Source: Promethearchaeota archaeon
Lineage (GTDB): Archaea > Asgardarchaeota > Lokiarchaeia > Sigyniarchaeales > SOKP01
Assembly (NCBI GenBank): GCA_048937405.1
Contig: JBHLNF010000026.1
Coordinates: forward strand, 1-15,388
DNA: 15,388 nucleotides
Direction of reading: 5' to 3'
The notes under the pieces are model-generated. The model ran no database searches. It saw nothing but the letters and a program-made list of their open reading frames with translations, and was not told the origin of the DNA. A program made the translations under genes and the position numbers. Each line of letters opens with the position of its first letter. Within the stretch, counting starts at the first letter, position 1. Positions 1 to 7,095 of this stretch are shown piece after piece.

Positions 1-381
1 AAAGATAATAGGGTTGAAGATGCTATTAATGATGCTCTTAATACACCATTATTAGATGTAAGTATTGATGGAGCAAAGGGTGCTTTAATTCATATTTGTG
101 GAGGAAATGATATGACATTAGCAGAAGCAAACTCAGTAGCTAAGAAAATTTCTGAAAAAATGGATATGAATGATTCAATGGTAATATGGGGCGCTCGAGT
201 TTCAGATGAATTTGATGGCTTATTACGAGTAATGTTATTAATAACTGGTATAAAATCACCACAAATTTTCGGTAGTGGGTATTCTTTGAATCATACTCTC
301 TATAATTCTAGAACAAATAGACCATCAAAATTAGGATTATCTGATGATATTTTCAATATTGGGGAAATTACCTTTGATTAA
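1..381 (+). CDS. ftsZ: Cell division protein FtsZ, C-terminal part (5' end outside window)
   Basis: Frame 1 is open from base 1: KDNRVEDAINDALNTPLLDVSIDGAKGALIHICGGNDMTLAEA...VIWGARV...LRVMLLITGI. This matches the archaeal FtsZ C-terminal domain (PLLD, GAKGAL, VIWGA, ITG). The ORF-track start at 112 is an internal Met. Confidence 0.95.
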   Translation, partial: KDNRVEDAINDALNTPLLDVSIDGAKGALIHICGGNDMTLAEANSVAKKISEKMDMNDSMVIWGARVSDEFDGLLRVMLLITGIKSPQIFGSGYSLNHTLYNSRTNRPSKLGLSDDIFNIGEITFD

Positions 382-428
382 TTTTCTTTTTAGTTTTACT
401 TTTTATAGCTCTTCAAAGATAATATTTT

Positions 429-797
429 ATGAATGATAAATATTCTCCAGAAATTCAAGTAGAATTAAATAAAATTATAGGAGATATAAAAAAATGGAAA
501 AATATTTTTGATTCTAAAATCGAATTCTATTATGATGGTTGGGCGATTTTTTTGAGGGAAAAGAATTCTTATCCTCGAGTAATCACTATTTTTAAATCCT
601 ATAAAAAAAAAAAATATTCAATTAAAAGTTTTGAAGTTACTCTGAAAGATCTCCAAAAAGAAGAATTTGAAGAATTATATTCAATCGAAAATATTGAAAA
701 TATAAATGAACTATTACATGAATTAAAGGATATTATATATGGTAAAGATCTAATAAAAGAGGTTTCAGAAATCCATGGTAATTCGTTCCTAAATTGA
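429..797 (+). CDS. Hypothetical protein (122 aa)
   Basis: ATG-started ORF that fills the gap between ftsZ and the convergent KH gene. Composition is typical of this genome; no family recognised. Confidence 0.75.
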   Translation: MNDKYSPEIQVELNKIIGDIKKWKNIFDSKIEFYYDGWAIFLREKNSYPRVITIFKSYKKKKYSIKSFEVTLKDLQKEEFEELYSIENIENINELLHELKDIIYGKDLIKEVSEIHGNSFLN

Positions 798-800
798 TAA

Positions 801-1358
801 TTAAAATTCAGGACTATAAATCTGCCTAAATTGCTCCTTTTTCTTTTCATTGTATTTATTTTCTAAAAACTTCAATACCACATGATGAGGCATACCATTT
901 ATTAACATACTTACAGCTTTTCTAGCAATTTGTAAATTGTCATAATCCGCGATAATAGAAATTGTCTTTCCATATACTGAGATAAAACTGTCAGCAAACC
1001 TTTCAATTGTTTTTCTCATTTCTCCATTTCTTCCAATTATTCGACCCTTTACACGTTTAATTCTATTTTCAGATTTCCCAATAATTTTTAATAAATTAAA
1101 TATCTCAATATCATGATTTTCTTCTAATAATTTCATAGCTTTAACGGGATTAAAACCTCTGTTTACAGCATTAACTACTTTTTGAGCCGTAAAGACATTT
1201 AATGGCAAATAATTTGGATTATCTAGATCTGGTATGATATCACAATTTCCAGATTTACTATCCAGGTCAATTTTAACTCCCAATTTATTTTGAATTTCTT
1301 GTTTTACTTCTCCATTACGACCAATTAGTACAGCAATTCTATTTTTTCCAATTTTCAT
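801..1358 (-). CDS. KH-domain RNA-processing protein (archaeal Dim2/Pno1/Krr1-like)
   Basis: Two KH GxxG motifs (LIGRNG, RIIGRNG), RGFNP and VYGKTISII...ARKAVSMLINGMPH. Lies in the usual position downstream of RIO1. Confidence 0.93.
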   Translation of the reverse strand: MKIGKNRIAVLIGRNGEVKQEIQNKLGVKIDLDSKSGNCDIIPDLDNPNYLPLNVFTAQKVVNAVNRGFNPVKAMKLLEENHDIEIFNLLKIIGKSENRIKRVKGRIIGRNGEMRKTIERFADSFISVYGKTISIIADYDNLQIARKAVSMLINGMPHHVVLKFLENKYNEKKKEQFRQIYSPEF

Positions 1359-1383
1359 TTTAATTCAACATTAATGCCATATC

Positions 1384-2235
1384 TTAATAATTTTCAAGGT
1401 TTATAACTTCATAATAAAATTCACGGGGATTAGGTGTTTCTATTCCTAACTTTTTAAAGTATTCAAAAATATTTTTTATATCCCTTACTAGATAAACTTC
1501 TGCTTTTGGATGATGAATAGATACTGCTTGAGAAATATCTATTATTATTGGTTTTTGATTATGATATAATATATTGAACTCACTAAGATCTCCATGGACT
1601 AATTTGGCTTTTTGGTATAAATTTTTTATAAATACTAAAATCTCATTCATTAAATGCTTAGGATTTTTAGGAAATTTAATATCTTTCAAGAGTGGAGCAG
1701 GAATTGATCCAAATCCAATATAATCCATAATTAAAATATTATCTTTGATAAATATCGGATTTGGTACATTTAAACCGACTTTATACGCTCTTTTTAGATT
1801 CTTATATTCTTTACTAGCCCATAAAAATATAACTTTTGAAACATTTCGTGGTATTTTCTTAAATCTGGGATCACCAATAATATAATTTCTCATCCATTTT
1901 GAAGTATTACTGTCAATCTTATAGATTTTAAGAGCAACTTCCTTTCCCTTTAAATCATATGCTAAATAGATATTTGCCTCCTTACCCGCGGAAATAACAC
2001 CTTCTACTCTTTTTAATGGTCCATTTCTTAATAACTTACTCAAGCTAAAAACAGTCCTTTCATCGAAAACTGACTCTATTGTTGCTTTTTTTTTTGATTG
2101 ATCTATTTTTCTTATTCTTTTATTATCGATTTTTCTTTTTTGAATTTCATCTATATTAGTTTCAAATTCTTCATCTATTTCAATATCTAAGATATCATCA
2201 TAGTCTTCTGAAGTATCCTTGTTATTTTCCTCCAA
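1384..2235 (-). CDS. rio1: RIO1-family atypical Ser/Thr kinase
   Basis: ISAGKEANIY P-loop, ALKIYK, YIIGDPRF, WASKEYKNL, LVHGDLSEFNIL catalytic loop, IIDISQAV, HPKA...RDIKNI. TTG start is uncertain. Confidence 0.95.
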   Translation of the reverse strand: MEENNKDTSEDYDDILDIEIDEEFETNIDEIQKRKIDNKRIRKIDQSKKKATIESVFDERTVFSLSKLLRNGPLKRVEGVISAGKEANIYLAYDLKGKEVALKIYKIDSNTSKWMRNYIIGDPRFKKIPRNVSKVIFLWASKEYKNLKRAYKVGLNVPNPIFIKDNILIMDYIGFGSIPAPLLKDIKFPKNPKHLMNEILVFIKNLYQKAKLVHGDLSEFNILYHNQKPIIIDISQAVSIHHPKAEVYLVRDIKNIFEYFKKLGIETPNPREFYYEVINLENY

Positions 2236-2246
2236 AAACTTTTCCT

Positions 2247-3161
2247 CTAAAGATTTTTTTTAATTATTTTTTCATTAAAAAAATAAGAATAGTCTTTTAT
2301 CAATTTAGTGTTATTTTCTCCTCTAAGAATTACTTTATTTTTTGTAATATTTTCAACTCTAAAATCTTGATTCTTAATAATGATAATGTCATTATTACTT
2401 AGTGGTAAAAATTTTATTAAAGCTTTAAATCTATAGAGATTTTTACCTCTTTGATTATCTCTTCCCACTAACTTTTTTGTTCGGTTTAGTAAAAAGTTAT
2501 ATTTTGACTTTAAAAATTTGATTATATAATTCATTAATTCAATTGTACTCAAATATAAATCTACTCCATATTTCTGATCCTCCATTTTAGAAATATATTG
2601 TCTATGATCTTCTTTAAAAATTCTGTCCGTAAAAGTGTTAATTTCATCTATAACATATTTAATCAAACCAAATTGTTCTTCGTCTTTGACACGTAATTGT
2701 ATAATTGATAAAAAATATGTTCCCCCCCTTAAATTAGAGCAATTCTTGCAAAGTATGTGATTTAAGTTTAATTTAACTGAATTTTGGTAATATATGTTTG
2801 TATCCTCCTTTAAGATACCTTTAATTATGATTTCAAGAGAAGTAAGTAGATCTTTCGAAGAAAAAACAAAACTATCTTCATTAAAAGAGATCTTGAAATT
2901 AATATTATTTTTCTTTACATATGATTTTAATATGAATTTGAAAGTAGCTTGCTTAATAATAGAAAAAAAATCATTCTCTAAGGGTTCAATCCACTCATCT
3001 TTTTTTGAAAAACTGCCACAATCAAGACAAATATTTAGTGAAAAATGATCAGGTAATTCGAATAGGGGGTGTTCTTTTAAATAACACTCAAGACACATTC
3101 CAAAATGAGGTTCATCTCCAACTAATGTTTTTCCACATATCGCACAGAATCGATTTGGCAT
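2247..3161 (-). CDS. nmd3: NMD3-family large-subunit biogenesis protein
   Basis: Four CxxC pairs (CAIC, CLEC, CLDC, CKNC), GGTYFLSIIQLR, GVDLYL and KKLVGRD. Start placed at ATG 3161 (MPNRFC), which overlaps the DUF424 stop as TAATG. Confidence 0.92.
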   Translation of the reverse strand: MPNRFCAICGKTLVGDEPHFGMCLECYLKEHPLFELPDHFSLNICLDCGSFSKKDEWIEPLENDFFSIIKQATFKFILKSYVKKNNINFKISFNEDSFVFSSKDLLTSLEIIIKGILKEDTNIYYQNSVKLNLNHILCKNCSNLRGGTYFLSIIQLRVKDEEQFGLIKYVIDEINTFTDRIFKEDHRQYISKMEDQKYGVDLYLSTIELMNYIIKFLKSKYNFLLNRTKKLVGRDNQRGKNLYRFKALIKFLPLSNNDIIIIKNQDFRVENITKNKVILRGENNTKLIKDYSYFFNEKIIKKNL

Positions 3162-3451
3162 TAAAACATCATCTTTATAGCCATAGGAATTCCACATATA
3201 GTTTTATAATGCTGAATCAACTCATTCTCAATAGCTTTCTCTATTATTTTTTCTCCAACTATATTGAAATATGACGCATTTTTTAAAATCATAATAGCCT
3301 CCTTGAGATGTAGTAGCTTTCCTCCAAAGAAACTATTAGAAATTTCAATTCTTAAATTTCCTTCTTTGAAAACTTGATTTAATAACTCTTCATCACAACA
3401 GGCTATAGTTTCAATATCCTCCTTAACATGAACTTTTAGGTATACTTTCAT
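3161..3451 (-). CDS. DUF424-family protein
   Basis: IACCDEELL, FFGG, NIVGEKII and GIPMA motifs. Conserved position between aIF-2beta and NMD3. Confidence 0.88.
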   Translation of the reverse strand: MKVYLKVHVKEDIETIACCDEELLNQVFKEGNLRIEISNSFFGGKLLHLKEAIMILKNASYFNIVGEKIIEKAIENELIQHYKTICGIPMAIKMMF

Positions 3452-3476
3452 CAATCAATCGTAGTTCGATTTTTCC

Positions 3477-3902
3477 TTATTTTTCTTTAATTTCTACTCT
3501 AGCTCCACAAGCAGTGCATTTTAAATATAATTTCCTGCCTTCTCTTTGAATTTGAGTGTCTGGTTTATTACAAATGCTACATAAAACATAGGTTTTGGTA
3601 TAATTTTCGATTAATCGATTTAGAACCTGATCTTTATATTGTCCTTTTAAAAACAATTGTTGACCACGAATTTCTCCCATTGTACCAGCTTTTTTCAGGA
3701 AGATTCCAAGAAAATGCTTCCTATCTCTATTAAGAGTACTAATTATTTTGTTAAAATTTGTGATAAATGTGTTCCTGCTTTCAATCCGAAGTTCTACTTT
3801 TGGAATTTCAAATCTTGATAATTTTCGAACATTCTCTGGAATCTTTTCATATGCTTTATCTAATAATTCATCGTAATTATTTAAATCCATAATTTTATTC
3901 AC
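3477..3902 (-). CDS. eif2b: Translation initiation factor aIF-2 beta subunit
   Basis: YDELLDKAYEKIP, RFEIP, TFITNF, LNRD and the zinc ribbon YVLCSICNKPDT...LKCTACGA. Confidence 0.95.
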   Translation of the reverse strand: MNKIMDLNNYDELLDKAYEKIPENVRKLSRFEIPKVELRIESRNTFITNFNKIISTLNRDRKHFLGIFLKKAGTMGEIRGQQLFLKGQYKDQVLNRLIENYTKTYVLCSICNKPDTQIQREGRKLYLKCTACGARVEIKEK

Positions 3903-3988
3903 TAACTACTTGTACTATAAGGATATAACTAAGCATAAGAAAAATAGTTTTCCTTTATTATCAAATAATTTTAAAATACTTGTTAAAA

Positions 3989-4723
3989 CTAAAAGGCTTC
4001 AAAATTATCATTATCAGATTCATAAATACGCGATTCTAGGATCAAATCTTTAATGATACTTCTTAATTTACCCTCGGGAATTTCAATTTCTTGTTTCAAG
4101 GTTTCAAAATTTATTCCCTCGCCTTTAGTAGAATATTCTTCTACTAATAGAAATACCTCTTCCTTTAAAATTTCATGTTTAGAACCTTCTCCATCCTTTT
4201 CAAATAGAGTATTAATATCTATTTCATCTGAGAAATCCTCTTTTTTATTATCTAATTGAAGAATATCTGGAATTTCTTGAATATCACCAGATTTTATCTT
4301 ATGAATAATTTCAGCATTCCTAAGTAAAATAAGATTTGGTTCATTAACCTTTTTCATTATATCTATCCATAAGGAGATATACTCTCCATACTTACTTATC
4401 CGTCCTATAACTTCTACAATATCACCTTTATTAAAAACATTAAATTTTTCAGGATTTATATTCCTTATTATAGCTCTAATCACACCAGTACTATCATCTA
4501 AGTCAAAATCAAGTCTAATATTTGAATGTAGGTCTTCCTCTAATCCCATATCCATATCAATTGCTTCTATTATCTGTTCTTTCTTATTTATAATAGTCCC
4601 AATAATTCGAACACGTTTTACCTGTCCAAATATAGTATAAAAAAATTTTTCGCTTTCATTATATTGCCCTTCTATAATATGTTTAATCCAGCATTGAATA
4701 GTGGGATTTCTCTTAAAACTCAT
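3989..4723 (-). CDS. RPA32/RPA2-like ssDNA-binding subunit (OB fold, acidic linker, C-terminal winged helix)
   Basis: OB-fold motifs VKRVRIIGTI, LDDSTGVIRA, GDIVEVIGR and EPNLILLR. Winged-helix-like tail GINFETL...IIKDLILESRIYE. Start placed at ATG 4723 (MSFKRNP) instead of the TTG at 4783, which reads through a poly-A tract. Confidence 0.82.
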   Translation of the reverse strand: MSFKRNPTIQCWIKHIIEGQYNESEKFFYTIFGQVKRVRIIGTIINKKEQIIEAIDMDMGLEEDLHSNIRLDFDLDDSTGVIRAIIRNINPEKFNVFNKGDIVEVIGRISKYGEYISLWIDIMKKVNEPNLILLRNAEIIHKIKSGDIQEIPDILQLDNKKEDFSDEIDINTLFEKDGEGSKHEILKEEVFLLVEEYSTKGEGINFETLKQEIEIPEGKLRSIIKDLILESRIYESDNDNFEAF

Positions 4724-4876
4724 GATATATTCTAACTCATAGCTTATTCTTATTTTAATATTATTAAATTTTTTTTTTTTCAATATAGAAATACCTATTA
4801 AGCTAATAATATCTAAGAGATTCCTCTCTTATAATGTTTGTAGGAATAAATTTTTTACTTAAAAGGAAAATTGAAT

Positions 4877-4881
4877 AAAAA
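4877..4881 (-). terminator. Candidate oligo-T terminator of the tRNA gene
   Basis: Minus strand reads CTA-TTTTT immediately after discriminator A73, followed by further T-rich tracts. Confidence 0.4.
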
Positions 4882-4898
4882 TAGTAGCGGGGGTTCGA

Positions 4899-4933
4899 TT
4901 TTCAGTCTGTTGGAAACCAACAAATTAGTTACC
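4899..4933 (-). other. tRNA intron 3 (35 nt, T-loop, position 59/60)
   Basis: GGTAACTAATTTGTTGGTTTCCAACAGACTGAAAA. Strict BHB: T-stem GUUCG/CGAAC, central UUCA/UGAA, bulges AA^G and AA^U, outer GU/AC plus the TGTTGG/CCAACA hairpin. Confidence 0.9.
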
Positions 4934-4946
4934 TTTGAACGAACGA

Positions 4947-4977
4947 ATCTGCCGATCCATCGGTTGTGAAGGATCGT
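4947..4977 (-). other. tRNA intron 2 (31 nt, variable loop, position 46/47)
   Basis: ACGATCCTTCACAACCGATGGATCGGCAGAT. Helix CGATCC/GGATCG, central CUGA/GCAG (3 of 4 pairs), bulges GA^A and AU^U. Removal restores AGAUC. Confidence 0.82.
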
Positions 4978-4986
4978 TCTCAGGGT

Positions 4987-5011
4987 CTCTCTATGGTGTT
5001 TACATGCCATT
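4987..5011 (-). other. tRNA intron 1 (25 nt, canonical position 37/38)
   Basis: AATGGCATGTAAACACCATAGAGAG. BHB-like: outer helix ATGG/CCAT, central CUCA/AGAG with one A-A mismatch, 3-nt bulges UA^A and AG^A, closed by the anticodon stem. Confidence 0.9.
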
Positions 5012-5093
5012 TATGAGCCCTGCGGCATAAACCAGGCTAGCCCACCCCGCTATATAAGCACGTATGAGCTTAAATCCTATGCATTATATCTAA

Positions 5094-5116
5094 TTATATA
5101 TATAACATTATATAAA
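5094..5116 (-). promoter_or_regulatory. Candidate TATA boxes for the tRNA gene
   Basis: TTATATATATAA (5094-5105) and TTTATATAA (5108-5116 on the minus strand) lie 43-65 nt upstream of the mature tRNA 5' end. Confidence 0.45.
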
Positions 5117-5248
5117 CTAACAATTTAATCTTTTTCGATTTTTAATAAGATTAGTCCTTTTAGTAACAAATTTTTCGATTCATAAACAATAACTTTAACT
5201 TCTAATTTAAATTAGATATCAAAAAAGGAATTACTTTGATAGAGTTTC

Positions 5249-7063
5249 ATGTCTTTGTTTAATGTGTTTTTAGATTTCATTTTGAATCCATGGTTTATTT
5301 TATCTTTATTATTTTGGGTTTTTGTTTTAATTTTAGTTCGTTTGTTGAGAAATAGAAAAGAAGCATATTTTCTCTGGTTTCCATTACTAGCAATGTTTAA
5401 AACAAGAAGGTTAAATAAATTTATAATGAAAATTTCCAGAAAAGCTCCAAAATTTTGGAAAATCTTTTGGACGATTGGTATATTTGTGTCATTTAGCTTT
5501 ACTATCTATGCTCTTTTTTTCTTTTTTACAAATTTTATTAATTTGCTAATTAGACCTAGTATTGAACAAGCTATAGTTCCTCTTATTCCCGGAGTAACAA
5601 TTGATTTACCTCTTCTTTTTTATTTAATACTTCCATTGTTGTTTATTATAACAACACATGAATTAGCTCACGGAATTTCAGCTGGTGCTGATGGAGTAGA
5701 TGTTAAATCTACTGGAGTTCTCGGGGTGGGTCTTTTTTTTCTTATAGGTTTTGGAGCATTTGTTGAAGTTGATGAAAGAGAACTAAGTTCTCATAAATTT
5801 CATAGAAATACAAGATTAAGAATCGCCGCTTCTGGTACTTATGTAAATGGTATAACAGCAGGAATTGCTTTTATCCTATTATTATGTTTTCCTCTGATCA
5901 TCTCTCCCTTTTATAGGCAAGTTACTCAAGTATATAGTGTTCTAACAGAAGAAGAGGGAGGAATCAATGAAGATAATTTAACTCATGGTGATGTTATTTT
6001 AGCTATTAAAGAGAAAGGAACGGAAGATAACGAATATGTGTCTCTTAACAATGATGAGGGAAAAAGCCTTACAGATATTTTAAATAACAGAACCAGTTTA
6101 AAGTGTTCTATAGGAGATAACTTAACATTCAGAATTTATAATCCTTCTACAGATAGCTATTCAGAAAAAAATGTAACATTAGGACCTCGATACTATTTAG
6201 GGATCCTCTATGAATATATCTCAAATACTACACTACGAATTACTAGAATCTACTCAGAAAGTGAAGGAGGAAATAATTATAATAAAAATCTGGAAGTAGG
6301 ATTAAATATTATAGAAATCAACGGAGTTCCAATTAATCTTTCCACTGGAGATACTTTAGGGAAAGCATTAACAATATTTAATTTGAATACTATTAATTTT
6401 AGTACAGAAACTGAAACATTCATTTTAGATATAAACACGACAGGAGTAAAAATTGGAATATACAGCAACCCGTATTATATGCACAAAAACGAAGTAGCTA
6501 AATTTTTTACTAGTTTTTGGCCAGAATTTTGGTTAAGAGAAATTGCATGGCTTTTTATTATTGCTTTCAGTATTACTCTTTTTAACATGCTTCCTTTGCC
6601 TGTGTTCGATGGTGATAGAATCATAAAAGAATTGCTTAATTGGGGTTTTGGAGAAGAATATAAAATAACTAAAAAAAAAAAAGAGAAAATGAGATTCAAA
6701 AAAGATGATAATGAACTTAATTTATCTGAATACAGGGTAGAAAAAGTTGAATATGTCAAAATCCTCATAGAAAATAAAAATAGCATAAGAGAGCAAAGTG
6801 AAATTATTTTATCGGATAATAATTATACTTTAATTGATAAAATTGGAGATGGATATAAAGATACAGTTACTTTAAATCTCCCTGAGCAAACAAAATTAGA
6901 GGAAGGTTCAATAATAGAGATTGGTTATGAATATTGGTATGATGAAAAACGAAAAATTAAGAATTCAATCATAAATATTCTACGCTACTTTACATTATTC
7001 ATTATAGCAGGAAATTTCATTTTATCTTTTATAAAGTTCGGTGGAATTTTGTTTTGGATATAA
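5249..7063 (+). CDS. Site-2 protease (peptidase M50) with two PDZ-like repeats
   Basis: HELAH (HExxH), GAFVEVD, RLRIAASG, NMLPLPVFDG (NxxPxxxxDG) and several TM helices. Two similar segments, VYSVLTEEEGG..LTHGDVILAI and ITRIYSESEGG..LEVGLNIIEING. Confidence 0.93.
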   Translation: MSLFNVFLDFILNPWFILSLLFWVFVLILVRLLRNRKEAYFLWFPLLAMFKTRRLNKFIMKISRKAPKFWKIFWTIGIFVSFSFTIYALFFFFTNFINLLIRPSIEQAIVPLIPGVTIDLPLLFYLILPLLFIITTHELAHGISAGADGVDVKSTGVLGVGLFFLIGFGAFVEVDERELSSHKFHRNTRLRIAASGTYVNGITAGIAFILLLCFPLIISPFYRQVTQVYSVLTEEEGGINEDNLTHGDVILAIKEKGTEDNEYVSLNNDEGKSLTDILNNRTSLKCSIGDNLTFRIYNPSTDSYSEKNVTLGPRYYLGILYEYISNTTLRITRIYSESEGGNNYNKNLEVGLNIIEINGVPINLSTGDTLGKALTIFNLNTINFSTETETFILDINTTGVKIGIYSNPYYMHKNEVAKFFTSFWPEFWLREIAWLFIIAFSITLFNMLPLPVFDGDRIIKELLNWGFGEEYKITKKKKEKMRFKKDDNELNLSEYRVEKVEYVKILIENKNSIREQSEIILSDNNYTLIDKIGDGYKDTVTLNLPEQTKLEEGSIIEIGYEYWYDEKRKIKNSIINILRYFTLFIIAGNFILSFIKFGGILFWI

Positions 7064-7095
7064 AATTTAAGTAATAATTTTTATAAAAGACTTTA

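Larger units (their letters stand above)
4885..5051 (-). tRNA. Initiator tRNA-Met(CAU) with three introns; CCA not encoded
   Basis: Exons 5051-5012, 4986-4978, 4946-4934 and 4898-4885 join to a 76-nt cloverleaf: AGCGGGG TG GGCT AGCCTGGTTTA TGCC G CAGGG CTCATAA CCCTG AGATC GTTCG TTCAAAT CGAAC CCCCGCT A. Initiator hallmarks are present: A1-U72, three G-C pairs at 29-31/39-41, and variable loop AGAUC. Anticodon at 5015-5013. Confidence 0.95.

Noticed and set aside
3162-3197. ORF-track N-terminal extension of NMD3 (likewise 4724-4783 for RPA32 and 11345-11383 for the acetyltransferase)
   Set aside because: The extensions overlap another gene or promoter-like tracts; downstream ATGs give family-typical N-termini.
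4899-5011. tRNA interruptions as mobile-element insertion, attachment-site scar or pseudogene decay
   Set aside because: No integrase or duplicated tRNA end is present, the exons are perfectly intact, and each insert has BHB geometry.
603-6682. Long homopolymers (A12 at 603-614 and 6671-6682, T10 at 2086-2095) as phase-variation or frameshift sites
   Set aside because: All are in frame and encode Lys runs in intact genes, which is expected at this AT content. There is no evidence of slippage.
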